DNA of 63,035 nucleotides, counting the filler, from Octopus bimaculoides (lineage: Eukaryota): the NCBI RefSeq assembly GCF_001194135.2. It is 6 parts of 6 records of this genome, joined end to end, with 100 filler letters (N's around TTAATTAATTAA, not from the genome) between each part and the next. Parts side by side here need not be neighbours in the genome. Positions count along the whole stretch, not along the records: positions 21,029 to 42,272 come from NC_068994.1; 5 more parts are not named here. The stretch is one strand, 5' to 3'. The notes beneath the pieces were generated by a model. That model saw nothing but the letters and a program-made list of their open reading frames with translations, searched no databases and had not been told where the DNA came from. The translations under genes were made by a program, and so were the position numbers. Each line of letters starts with the position of its first letter. The first letter of the stretch is position 1. Below, in pieces: positions 24,582-36,848 of this stretch.

Positions 24582-24621
24582 TTTCTTACAATGGGTTTCA
24601 ACTCGGGGCTCTTCAGAGGAA
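24582..24621 (-). ncRNA. Degenerate minimal type I hammerhead motif
   Basis: ttcct-CTGAAGA-gccccgagtt-GAAA-CCCATTGT-A-agaaa. Confidence 0.4.
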
Positions 24622-24789
24622 GCACATTGGTCAAATTGTATGGAAATGATGAATAAATTTATATATTTGTTAGGATGACAGCTGGTCAGTGTTATTTGGC
24701 TATGTTATTTTATGGGCTTATATCTTTTTAAGGAACTAAATCCCAGTAGAAACCAAAGACTTTCGGACATTCTGTTTATCAAATTGTAA

Positions 24790-24990
24790 CATAAAGGACT
24801 GTTAGCATACTGGGCAAAATGCTTTGTGACAGTTTGTCTGTCCTTACTTTCTGAGTTCAAATTCTGACAAGGTCAACGTTGCCTTTCATCCTTTTGGGGT
24901 CAATGAAATCAGTACCAATTGAAGACTGGGGTCAATGTAATTGACTCATCCCCTCCCCTGAAATTTCTGGTCTTGTGCCAAAATCTGAAA
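24790..24990 (+). mobile_element. SINE family C copy, CpG-decayed
   Basis: Central domain with CG to TG/CA changes relative to 3622-3800. Confidence 0.7.
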
Positions 24991-25134
24991 CCTATATTGT
25001 GTAACATAAGTGGCAGAGATTGCGGATTTGGTTGAGCATCATGTACAATTTCCATAGCATTTAATTTTGTCATTTTATATGATTTGAGTTGGTTAGGGTA
25101 AGCCAATCATATATACTTACTTTCCAAGTATATA

Positions 25135-25506
25135 TTCTTTTACTTGTTTTAGTCATTTGCTTGTAGCCATGCTAGAGCACCACCTTTACTCGAATAAATC
25201 GACCCCAGGACTTATTCTTTGTAAGCCTAGTACTTATTCTATCAGTTTCTTTTGCTGAACCGCCAAGTTATGGTGACATAAGCACACCAACATTGGTTGT
25301 CAAGCAATGGTAGGGGGGACAAACACAGACATACAAACACACACACACACATACACATCTATATAACAGCAAATCCACTCATAAGGCTTTGGTCAGCCCG
25401 AGGCTATAGTAGAAGACACCTGCCCAAGGTATCATGTAGTGGGACTGAACCTGGAACCATGTGGTTGGAAAGCAAGCTTCTTACTACCTAAGCCACTCCT
25501 GTGCCT
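25135..25506 (-). mobile_element. SINE family A copy, CpG-decayed, with internal deletion
   Basis: Reverse complement aligns to 17157-17562. Confidence 0.85.
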
Positions 25507-26040
25507 ATATGTCTAAATATGCAGGCTGTTTTCACCAAGTGCAATAACATCATTGTTGGTTTCTTTATACTTATCTTTAATAAGTGTTGTTGAGCCCTAG
25601 GTCAACCTTGATTCAGCAGAGTTAGAGTCAAAGAAATTCCAGCTATGACCACCTCCACTTTTTAGGAATGTCTTGGATTGTATTATCTCATGTGTTCTTT
25701 ATTTAAGTGCAATTATAGAATTTAGTTATATTCTTTTACTCGATCAAACAACTGCAGTGAGAGTCTCTCAATTCTGAATCAGATTTTATATGGGTTACTT
25801 ATTTCTGTCTTCCATGGGTTACTTATTTATTTCTTACATGGGTTACTTATTGTCTGAGCTGTGCCCTGCAGAGGCCATATTTACTTCATTCGTTTCTTCC
25901 TTTTGTCAATAAATTCTGTATGTCTTTAAGAAAACCTAATTCAATAATTCATATGGTCAAATATGTATAACTATTGTGTAATGATATGGAATGAAAACCA
26001 TTTTGAAACTATAAACAAACACATTGTATATTTGTTTTTA

Positions 26041-26204
26041 ACTTCAGATTTTTTTATTGTGTTTATTTTGTTGTCCTTTGTCTGAATGGACTAAACAACA
26101 GGAAGAGACACATGGGATGGAGAGTCGCTGAAAAGGTCACAGGACGTGTGACGAAAGATTTTCAGACAAAGGACAATAAAATAAGAACAATGATAATCTG
26201 AAGT
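26041..26204. repeat. Inverted repeat, ~45-bp arms around a 74-nt loop
   Basis: 26041-26086 vs 26161-26204; perfect core ttgtcctttgtctgaa/ttcagacaaaggacaa. Confidence 0.8.
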
Positions 26205-26814
26205 GAAGAACGTTTATATATTGGATGAAAAGAGAAGAAAAAATTATTATCCTGAAATATAACATTTTGAAACTTTTAACAGAAATTAGTTTTCTGTTAA
26301 ACACACTGTAAAATTTCAATTTTTTTCCCAGCTGTTTCATATCTTTTCCTCCCACCTAAAATGCATTGGGTTAATTCTCACAGTAATGGTTTTTATTAGA
26401 TGGATGATATCCTTCCAACTGGTGATCATTTCAGGATGAAGTAGGGATTGAAACTTTACTAATAAATTGAACTGGAGTAAACAGAGTTATGTACCTTGAT
26501 CAAAATCATTACACTGTGTCTGAAGTGAATAGTGCATTTTTACCTGATATACAGTCATCTGTCTCATTAATGTTGATACATATAAATAAATGTATACTAA
26601 AAAAGAAAAAAAAAAACCCTGTTACGGTGGTACAGGTATCTTGCTGAGTTTAAATTTTAGATTTTAAAAATATACTTTTCATGGTTTAGTCTGGATTCTT
26701 GAACTGTGCCCACGACTTGCACAGATCCTCTGAGATGAATGAAGTTCATGTTATGGATGTCCATAACATGAACATGATGAGGTTCAGGAGGGACTTTACC
26801 TATCCTTGTTCGCA

Positions 26815-26910
26815 CCTGGGTCATCCCATTCCTGGGTCATCCCATTCCTGGGTCATCCCATTCCTGGGTCATCCCATTCCTGGGTCATCCCATTCCTGGG
26901 TCATCCCATA
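26815..26910. repeat. 16-bp minisatellite x6 (cctgggtcatcccatt) derived from a mariner TIR end
   Basis: Last unit continues directly into the mariner TIR (tgggtcatcccataa..aatgcgtttt). Confidence 0.9.
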
Positions 26911-27295
26911 ATATGTAATGCGTTTTTTTTATATTTCTTTTATTTTTCAAAATTAAGATAAGCAAAGTCCTTTTTGAATCTAAAATATACTCTCCCTCAT
27001 TATCTACAATGCCCTTCCATCTATCTGGTAGACTTGCAAGGCCCCTCTTCCAAAATTCACTTGTCCATGAAGAAAAATTCTCCTGTAGTACTATTCTGAC
27101 TTTGTCTTCAGAATTCATATTTTTTTCTGTCCAAATGATTTAGAAGACTTCGCGATAAATGATAATCAGATGAGGCAGTGTCCAGTGAATATGGTGGGTG
27201 GGGCATCGTTTCCCCTTCAAACTGCTCCAGCCTTTGGAATGTCATCCTTGCTGTATGTGTCCGAGACTTATCCTGATGGAAGAACACTTTCGTTT
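26895..27295 (-). mobile_element. mariner transposon 3' fragment (catalytic C-terminus plus TIR)
   Basis: FHQDKSRTH..MPHPPYSLDTASSDYHL; FWKRGLASLPDRWKGIVDNEGEYI. Confidence 0.9.
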
Positions 27296-27530
27296 TGAAG
27301 GTGAAAGTCCTCCAGCAGAAAGGCATCAGACTGTCAACAAAGCTCAATGTCTACAAAGCAGTAGTTGTTCTACACTACTTCTCCCTGGATGTGAAACATG
27401 GACCCCACACCACCAGCATACCAAACAGCTGGAACAGTTTCACACAAGGACACTGCGCAGGAACATGGGCATTTGCTGGTAGGACAGAGTGACAAACAAA
27501 GAAGTGCTGAATAGAGCTGGTTTGATCCAT
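27296..27530 (+). mobile_element. RTE (BovB-like) LINE fragment
   Basis: GIRLSTKLNVYKAVV, GCETWT, QLEQFHTRTLR, DRVTNKEVLNRAG. Confidence 0.8.
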
Positions 27531-28771
27531 ATCTATAAAATAGTATATGAATTAACCCTTTTGTATCTCTGTTGAAATACACTCTTTATATTACAATTTC
27601 CAAAAATGATAAAGAATATGGTAAAATAACTTTGTTGTTATTAAGCTGATATTTGGAATATAAATTAACATTCGGTTTTAATGGGAAATTTACATTTAGA
27701 TCACTTTAAAACAGGAAGTTTGTAGCATAGAACCAGGGGAAATGTCAGACAGGTTGATAGCAACAGAATTAAAGATGCTTTTGCTGATAGGGTTGAGCAA
27801 TGTGCATGGATTTTTCATGTCAAGTGAAAATTCAAAAAATATTCTGCAAGTAGCCAAAAAGTGATTTAGAAAATTTGAGGGAAAAAGTTTTTAAAATTCA
27901 TTTTGTTATTTCAAGAATAATTTGATGAAATTATATTTCAAAACACATATCTAATGTCATTAAATTAAAATATTTTGCTTAGATTAAGCTCAGTGTTTTA
28001 GGAAAGATTGAAACCATTAATGGCTTTTATTTTATATGTTTATATTTAAATTCTTGTATGATATTTACATCACATACTGAGAAGGGCATAATTTAGGACA
28101 GCAATTCTCAACTTTTTGAATATCTGGGCCAGATCCAAAACCTGGATATCTTTAGGGGCCTACACCAAAAAAAAAAAAAAAAAAAATACAAGTCAAAGGA
28201 AAATTTGTTATATTTATAGAAGGAAGAATGTGGAGGGCTGCTAGAAGAATGCCTGAGGGCTGCATGCATCGCTGGGAGTCGCAGTTGAGAACCACTGGTT
28301 TAGGATAATCTCTTGTGAAATAAGTAAAATACACCAGCCACAACAACATGCTACATTCTATGAGAGAGAGCTACTATTTAGTTGCTCAACCTGTTAGATA
28401 TAACAACCAAATGAATCTTCCTCAATTCACACTCTCTTGTCCTAAAGAAATTTATGTTGGACATATAAATAAATACAGATGGTCACAGCTGAAGTGTCTT
28501 TGGACATAGATCTGCAGACCTAGGGCTAATCAACGAACAATCATTCTGTATGGAAGCCATACTGTAGACAGCTATGCTTGTCATCCATTTCAGCTGTGAA
28601 ATAGGAGTCATTAATAAATATAGTGACTTGTATTTCATCCACTACAGATATTTCCTATAAAACTGACATTGTACAGTGATTGATGGCTGCCATTCATATT
28701 TAATGTCTTTAGATTGAATGATAAATTCTTGCAAGGTAAAACCATTCATGGTCACAGAAATAGTTGTCTCT

Positions 28772-28918
28772 CATCATCATCATCATCGTTTAACGTCCGC
28801 TTTCCATGCTAGCATGGGTTGGACGATTTGACTGAGGACTGTTGAACCAGATGGCTACACCAGGCTCCAATCTGATTTGGCAGGGTTTCTACAGCTGGAT
28901 GCCCTTCCTAATGCCAAT
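28772..28918 (-). mobile_element. RTE-type 3' tail repeat with (GAT)n tail
   Basis: Inverted near-copy of 30097-30230 (aagggcatccagctgtagaaac..ccatgctagcatggaaagc). Confidence 0.75.
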
Positions 28919-29945
28919 ATAGAAATTCAGACATGGTTGTGTGGTTAATCAAACAATTTCAAGTTTGTCTCTTTGCACAGCATGGGCTGACCAATGGTTT
29001 GTGGTTGGATTTGGTAGAATGAAATTGCAGAAAGTCTGTGTGTGCATGTGCATGCAGATGCGTGTAAATGTTGCTATTCCATGCTTGTTACAGCTTGAGA
29101 GAAATGGTAATGATGTTAACATTGCTTGTTGACATTCTAACTGGTTGCTCTGCATTTCTGAAGACCAGTGTAATTTAAACAATAAAGGAATCCCTTTACA
29201 TGGATAAAGATACATCAAATATCATATACAGGCCTTGATTCCTGAGATTATCTCCCTTTTTCATCTGAAGTTCATTACAGTTGCCGCTACGTATTTGTTT
29301 CTTCTTGTGAAGGGAAGATATTTTTAATAAATCAAGAATTTATTTGGTATGGTATTTAATATAACCATTCATCTTTATTGTATATCTAATATATACATAA
29401 TACACACACACACGTTTATATATATTTTTGCTTTGGCAAGCCTATATATGCTACCTCACCCATATTCTTGAATCCCATCTCATCTACCTGTTGCTCGTCT
29501 CCTCCATCCACCCATTTCTCATTCACTTCACTCTTCCCTCCATCTCTGCTGTTCACATATTTATGAATGGTACATCGTCTACCATACCAGCATTCAATCC
29601 TCTCATCTCTCTAACTTACTCCTCTATCACTGGATCTATACATAGATCTATATATATATATCTATATACATAGATCTATATATCTATATCTATATACATA
29701 GATCTATATATACATAGGCCTAGTGATAGGTCTGTGTCATCTGCATCAAACTGTCTGTACTTATACACAATAGGACTACGTTTTAAAGCATATTCATTGA
29801 TACAATGCAAGACAATACAAATCAATGCCCGGGGTTAACACAGGTGACGGACACTGATAGTATATACGGATATTTTATCCCTTAGTCAGTTACTACAACC
29901 AGTAACTCTCTCTCTCTTTCTCTCTCTCTCTATATATATATGTGT

Positions 29946-30454
29946 GCGCAGGAGTGGCTTTGTGGTAAGTAGCATGGTTGCGAGTTCAGTTCCACTGAGT
30001 GGCAGCTTGGGCAAGTGTCTTCTACTATAGCCTTGGGCCGACCAAAGCCTTGTGAATGGATTTGGTAGAAGGAAACTGAAAGAAGCCTGTTGTATAAGGG
30101 CATCCAGCTGTAGAAACTCTGTCACATCAGATTGGAGCCTGGTGCAGCCATCTGGTTCGCCAGTCCTCAGTCAAATCGTCCAACCCATGCTAGCATGGAA
30201 AGCAGACATTAAACGATGATGATGATGATGATATATATATATATGTGTGTGTCTGTGTGTGTTCCCTCACAACATAACTTGACAACTAATGCAGGTGTGT
30301 TTATGTTCCCATAACTTGGCAGTTTGGCAAAAGAGACTGATAGAATATGTACTAGGTTTACAAAGAATAAGTCCTGGGGTCGATTTGCTTGACTAAAGGC
30401 GGTGCTCCAGCATGGCCGTAGTCAAATGACTGAAACAAGTAAAAGAGTAAAAGA
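29946..30454 (+). mobile_element. SINE family A copy, CpG-decayed, interrupted by an RTE-type tail at 30097-30230
   Basis: Head, core and 3' part align to other copies; the insert sits at the internal microsatellite position. Confidence 0.85.
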
Positions 30455-30539
30455 ATATATTTACTGGTGTGACTCAGGATGGCAGTGGAGCACTTTTTAC
30501 CACTGTACAATATTCCCAGTGTATCTAAAGATGTAGATA

Positions 30540-31259
30540 CAGTAATACCTCACTTTACAAGGATCCCTGTTTTATGAGTTTTATTTTACAAGCACAATAT
30601 TCAGATTTTGAATAAAGTGCAAAAGTTTCTTTCTACTACTATAACAAATACTTCTGTGTGTTATCGAGAAATTTATAAAACAAAAAGAGCTTCTTCTAAG
30701 CAAACAACTCTAGGCTTGCTTTTAAAAAAAGAAATCTGCAAGTCCGTCTACGGGTGCTTGTGAATCGGCGATCACGTCTACAAGTGATTGTGTACGCGAG
30801 TCTAGTGCGAGCGAAAGTGATTCAGAAAACGATTATAATAATTACGGAGATGTACTTGCATCGCAAGTGACTTGATCTGAAATCGTGTGCTGAAACAAAA
30901 ACAATTACAGCGTGGAAGATGTTTATAAGCCATTTAAAAACACAAAAAACCGTTAGATTCATTTCAACATTTAAATTTAATTTGTGTCAAAATATTTTCG
31001 TCTCTTTGAAACCCCCCGACCTGTTCAATTAATCTTGACATTCTCTTTACTTTACATAAAATATTCTTCACATTCTACTGTTGTTTTACTATCATTTATT
31101 TACGAGTATTATAAATTTTATGGGTAAAATATTTTTCTGGGAACGAATTACGATTTATAACATTGCTACTATGGGGAATTATTGCTCTGCTTTACGAGTT
31201 TTCACTTCACGAGCGGGCGGTGTCCGGGAACAATTAACTCGTATACCGAGGCATTATTG
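30540..31259. mobile_element. Non-autonomous Tigger/pogo-like DNA element with TA target duplication
   Basis: TIRs CAGTAATACCTCACTTTACAAG and reverse complement CAATAATGCCTCGGTATACGAG, TA on both sides; related end at 53527-53630. Confidence 0.7.
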
Positions 31260-31301
31260 TATATATATATATACACCCACACACACACAATATAAATATA
31301 T

Positions 31302-31445
31302 GTGAGGCATTTCCTCCTCCATATTCTTACGAGGCAGGCTTTGGGCCAACAGGTTTTGGGATTTGATGATACGCCATAAAGCTAAACCCTTTATGGACGG
31401 GAAACCCAAGGTAATCCCATAAACCGGCCTTCCCCATTTTATATA
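31302..31445 (+). mobile_element. Solo Penelope terminal-repeat fragment with hammerhead at 31357-31419 (C3U variant)
   Basis: Homologous to 19405-19550 inverted; tgggat-TTGATGA..GAAA-CCCAAGGT-A-atccca. Confidence 0.8.
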
Positions 31446-31449
31446 CGTA

Positions 31450-32790
31450 CATGTATCACACTGTCGTTTGGACGAAATAGTAGTCACTTTCCATTTGCAA
31501 CGTTTTCTCTCCAGTCAAGATATTTTGCTGTCGGGAAATTAACAAGTGTTATTTCAGGAAATAAGGAAATCCAAAGGCCCAGTATTTGCATAATACATTA
31601 TATCATCTGATGGAGAGGGGGAGGACTTTCGGAAGACGAACGAGCTGGTGACTTCCTGTAGAGTCCCAGTCTAACTTTTATGACAACATGCACACACGTT
31701 CGTAGATGTATGAAGCTATACGTTTGTGCATCGTCGGTGTTGCTGTTGAAAATCTGCAGTGATTTTTCCCTTCGTGTGTTGACAGAAAAACATTACTGGA
31801 ACTGTAAAAATTGACACACAGACAGACAGAAGTAAAAGTAGGAGGGATGTGGATTTTTAAGATGGGAAAGTGAAAAAAAAATATTACATCCTTTAGTGTG
31901 GATGGCGAAAGAAAAAGTGAGTGTGTTTGTGAGAGATAGAGAGGGGGCGAGGAAAGAGAGACAGAACAGGAGAGGGAGAAAGAGAGAGAGCTCGTATTCG
32001 CACCCATTACCAATTCCACTCGGCACTAAGTGTACGTAATTCCGAAGTGTCTTTGACAGAACTGAAAGAAAGACAAGCAATCAATGGGGACGGCGTGGGC
32101 TGGACGGACACTTTAGCTAAGGCCTCTTCGATCCTGACTTGCTTTCGTGGGATGGGGTAGAAAAAAAAGAACAATTCGAGTGCTGTGAAGTGGGGTGAGG
32201 GCAGTCATAGGGTAAGTTGGAAAAAAAAAAATAGTTTCTGTTATAATTGTTTTACGCCCAGGTAAGCCGTGGTCAGTTATTTCGACTGTCATCATCTCCC
32301 ACCTTTTTTGCTTTATTTTATTTCAGACACCATAATGCATAGGGACTCCAGTGCTTCCTCCCATTAACAGAAAAGAAGAGAGAGAGAGAAAGAAAAAAAA
32401 CAAAAAAAACATTGTAGGTTGATGTTTGTGCGAGATTTAGCTGCTATGTCTAGCAATTCAAATGACCTCATAGAGGCCCCCTTCGTTTGGCTCGTGTTTT
32501 TTATGTTGACGACAAACGAAAGTGGTCGTCCCACCTCAGCTTGTCTTCGTTCTCACTCACTTCTCTCCTCGTCCTCCTCCTCCTCCCTTCTTCTCCACCC
32601 TGTTCACACCTAGTCGCAGGCACCATCAATCTTGGCGGCCGGGCACACGTAACAACAGACGGACGGACAAGCAGTTCTGCAGACAGACGTCTATGTGTCG
32701 CATGGCTTTCAGTCGAGGGTGGAGGCCAGTGGGGTTAGTGGGTGGAAGACAGGTTGGATGGATGACAAGAGCGGGTAAGATTAACTCTTG
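31450..32790 (+). promoter_or_regulatory. CpG-rich probable promoter and non-coding first exons of the zinc-finger gene
   Basis: CpG retained relative to flanks, GA/CT tracts, donor-like sites GTAAGT 32212, CAG|GTAAGC 32262, GTAAGA 32775; no transcript evidence. Confidence 0.45.
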
Positions 32791-33093
32791 CACCTCCACG
32801 ACGTCTGTCTGTTTATATATGAAGGTGTGTCCCTTTCAGACATCCGTGTTTCTGTGTACATATATTGATGTATATAATGTGTGTGTGTAGGTTTAATGGA
32901 TATTATATTGAATGTGTGTGTGTGTGATGTAATGTATGCGATAAGATAGGTAATTCATTGCAATCACCTTAGAATTTCATATATATATATATATATATAT
33001 ATCTGTGTGTGTATGTATACACAAATATACATGTAATATGCATATGTTTATACGTGTACATGTGCATATTGTTTGTATGTTTATGTATGTGCG

Positions 33094-33130
<37 letters not shown>

Positions 33131-33897
33131 TGTGTGTGTGTGTATTTTCTCATTATATTTATACATACGTTTATGTGCCTGTATTTGTCTGCATCTGTAA
33201 TGTAATACATCAGTTGTAGTTAGGTATTAAAAAAAAAATATATATTTTTGCCAACATCAGCAAATTAACGCGAGTGTGTAAGTGTATGCATGTTTGTTTA
33301 CAACTTTGTTTTACAGTTTGTTCCCCTGAAAAAGGCTGTTCATATATTTGCATTTATATCCATCATTCTGTCTGCCTGTATATATGTATGTGCATCTTTC
33401 GGAAGACCCTGTTTAAAATGTCAAAAATCTCTTGCCATGTTACTCGAAAATTATCCATTTTACGAACTTTCTTGTAATATATGTCAACACAGACAAACAA
33501 TAGTTTTTCCTCTTTACTTTCTAGAATTTGTAATGTTTATCTTTGTTTTTAACTGTGTTGAGTGTTTTCTCAGTATTAAGCCGACTTGATTTTAAATTCT
33601 CTTAAATTTTGGAGCACTAACCATGATGTTCACACACACAACTATATATATATCAATTGGGTTCCCTTCAAGAATGTGACTAACAAATCCAGTTTCAGTG
33701 TATATCTTTCATTTTAACGAAACACTTTTTGGAAGAAGATACATGCTTTTTACATGTACCCTGCTTCTGTTATATGGCTTTGATTTTTATAGTTACATAT
33801 TTTGCGACTGACATAGATGTATATATAAAATAGAAAAGAGACTTTGGTGTGTTAGTAAGTTTGGTTGGTACATGTTGTAAAACGTCTAATCTTAAGT

Positions 33898-35220
33898 TAT
33901 CATCATCATTATTATTTTATGCTTCTTTTTCCATGCTTACATGAGTTGGATTATTCTTCTCCCACTCAGCCTCACGCTTGTTTTTAGTCCTTTGTCATCT
34001 GTTTTGTAAAGTTTATATTCCTGCGATCAGTCTTTACCACTTCTTTCCATGTTTTCCTTGATCTTTCTCTTCTGCAGATTCCTTCCACTTTGATCGTTTG
34101 GCATTTCTTTACCCGTCTGTCATCCTTTATATGTGTCACCTGTCCATACTAGCATAATCTTCTCTCTTGCACTCTACAGCTGATTCCTGTTATAACCAGG
34201 CTTTCTGTTAGATCATATCTGCTCCATCATTTTCCCACACAAACGTTACACATCCAATGGAGCTTACTTGTCTCATTTCTTTCTAGCCTTTGCACATCTA
34301 CTTCATCCGAGACCCACATTTCACTACTGAGTATTGCATAGTCTGTCCTTACTTAGGGAGAGAATCCTTCTGGTGATAGAAGAGATAATAGCCTCCTGAA
34401 CTTTTCCACTACTTTCTTTCTCTGGTTACCATGCTTTTGGAATATCAAAACTCGATCTCTATTGCTAATTAGTTCATCTAGGTAACGGACTATCAGTCAC
34501 TATGAGAGATCTTTCTGAGCATTTGAAAGGATTTATTTCATGGTGCTTCTACTATTAATTATGCTTGTGTGTCTGCTACATACGAAGTCCCTCTTCTCTG
34601 TCAGTGTACTTGTTATGTGCATCCATAGTTCACATTCTTACCTATAACTTTACTGCACATTGCATAAATCCAGTTCTTTTAATCCTCCTGATTCTATGCT
34701 CTGCTTTATGTTCACATCTTTTCCTCAATTCTTTTACATACTTGGCTCTCAGAACAAGTTCTTTAGAATATATAAAAATTCCCACAGGCAGCCAGTCTTG
34801 AACTCTTCAGTTATGGCTTGGAGGACTATAATGAATAGTGGGGGATATTTATCTGAACTCATTGCTAACTTTCACTTTCCTGACAGTACCCCTATTCCCC
34901 GTGCATAGCTTGCATGTCTCTTACAAGTCATTCATCTACACTCAGTTTTCTTAAGAACTACCAGACATAGTGTGGAACTCTGTCAAAGATCTTCTCCAGG
35001 TCAATGAATACTCAGTGTAGTGGTTTACTCTTAGCTAAGAACTCTCTTGTCGATGCAGTTTGGCACAAATCCAACCTGCATCTTATCGTAGTTAATTTCC
35101 GTCTTATTTTAAGTCTTTCTGCAACTTTCTTAACTTCATTCTTCAGTTTGATGTCTCTGTTGTTGCTTCTTTGTAAAGCTCTCTGCTTTTCTAGAAAAAC
35201 AGAATCATTGAGTTTCTCTG
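33898..35220 (-). mobile_element. RTE LINE fragment (RT to 3' end), degraded, in the presumed 5'UTR intron
   Basis: FLAKSKPLH*VFIDLEKIFDRVP, LFIIVLQAITEEFKTGCLWE, RLERNE; (GAT/AAT)n tail at ~33900. Confidence 0.8.
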
Positions 35221-36019
35221 CACAAACTATCAATAATAAAAGCATAAAAGTAGGAAATCCTCTTGCTACTCCAAATAATTCCCTAAAGTTAGACACAGCT
35301 TTAATTTTACAAATCCTTAAGTATGTAAACTTATATTAAACAACTGTTTTTTTTTTAAGGCTCAAACCATCTTGTTTTATGTGTCTTTAAAAACTTTGTC
35401 TCTAAAAAGCATTCATTAATAGTTTCAAATTTGAAGAGGTTCCCAGATTGCTGTATATGTTTATTCAATCCATAAAAAATAGCAGCTAAATCTCTCATAA
35501 AGCATGCCTTACTGTCTTAAAACAGGAAGACCTAAGCAACAAGTACAAACTAGTTAGAAAATACATCACTGAGGTAAATAGGTAAATTACTCAAGAGGAA
35601 ATAATTTGTTATTTTGTCTCCTATGTTGACAGCACCAGCTCTTCACTAGTATCCACCAATTAACTCTCACTGTTGTACCCAGGAGATGTACACAAACAAT
35701 TCTTCATGTGCCTTCATATGTAAGGAATCTCTTCTATCACCTGGTTTTCTACCTTATGTCTCTCCCTAAACCACATCTGTTAGTTATTGCTGTGTTTGAA
35801 AGATCTTAGGAGGTGGTCATCTATTATCTTCAGGTGTTTTAATGTTTCATAGTTCATCATTGGGTCCCATCTATTAGTAGATCACCAGGGTTTCTACCAA
35901 GTCAAAAAAAAAAAAAAAAAAATTATGATGACCGAAGAAACTTTCTTGGTACCATTGTGTTGTGTTTAAAGACAAGACACATAAATTTTTTCTATATAAT
36001 CCTTAACTTTTTACCTATC

Positions 36020-36051
36020 TCATTGTTTTCCTTTTCTGTTCTTTTTGACAG
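36020..36051 (+). promoter_or_regulatory. Strong splice acceptor upstream of the zinc-finger CDS
   Basis: Long pyrimidine tract ending ctttttgacAG at 36050-36051. Confidence 0.55.
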
Positions 36052-36848
36052 TGTTAGAACCGTGCCTCCAGCCCATCGGGGCTTCTTCGTTTTGCTGAAG
36101 CGGAAGAGAACCAAGGACAAAAACCATGTTGTCACTCATATGTGATGGTCAGCAAACAACCAAGTGATGTACATCTGGCCATTTCGTCAGTCCGACCATC
36201 GACTGTCTGCCTTCGTATTAAGTCAACCAGAACTGACCTCATCAGTCACGTCTGAAACTGCTGAAGTAACATCTTACTTCTTGTGAGACTTCTTACGAAA
36301 AATAATGGACACCATTCAGAGGAACTAGTGAACATCTTAGTGAAAGCATCACAGTCATTGTTATTGTTGCTATTAGTACAATAACCATTATTATTATTAT
36401 TATTATTACTTGATTTTGCTATGAAAGTTTTTGTCTGAGAACTGGTTGACCCATTTTGTGGTATTCAAATAGTGAGTGTGAAACGGGACAATTCTTCTGC
36501 CAAAAACCCATCCTGCATGACACATGTGTATGTGATCTACCAGTGTTGTTTATTCTGACAACCTTGTCTTTCATATCTGCCTTTGTATTTGAGGGAGTTT
36601 ATTTATTGAGTAAACTATTTAAAGTGCAACGAACGTTGAAATACATGCACACATTGTAAACATCACTCTCATCATCTATATGTATATAAGGAAACACACA
36701 TTTATAGACACTCAGTCAAACCTTGCACATATATCATCTTTATATACACACACATACATACATATATATATGTATATATTATATACACAGACAAATATAT
36801 AAAAGCTCAAGGTTGAGAAAACGTGAAAGAGTGTGAGTGAGTGAAGAT

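Noticed and set aside
26735-26785. SECIS-like AUGA..UGA hairpin or C/D snoRNA boxes
   Set aside because: No apical AA and no upstream selenoprotein ORF; boxes are in D-then-C order with no outer C/D pair.
26815-26910. CRISPR-like appearance of short repeats (also 3282-3344 and 51116-51194)
   Set aside because: Head-to-tail units with no spacers, in eukaryotic DNA with no cas genes.
31584-31594. Octamer ATTTGCAT(AAT) POU site
   Set aside because: A single short motif expected by chance in AT-rich DNA; no independent support.
36184-36245. Two CUGANGA strings on the minus strand in the zinc-finger 5' region
   Set aside because: No GAAA directly after a stem II and no stem I or III.
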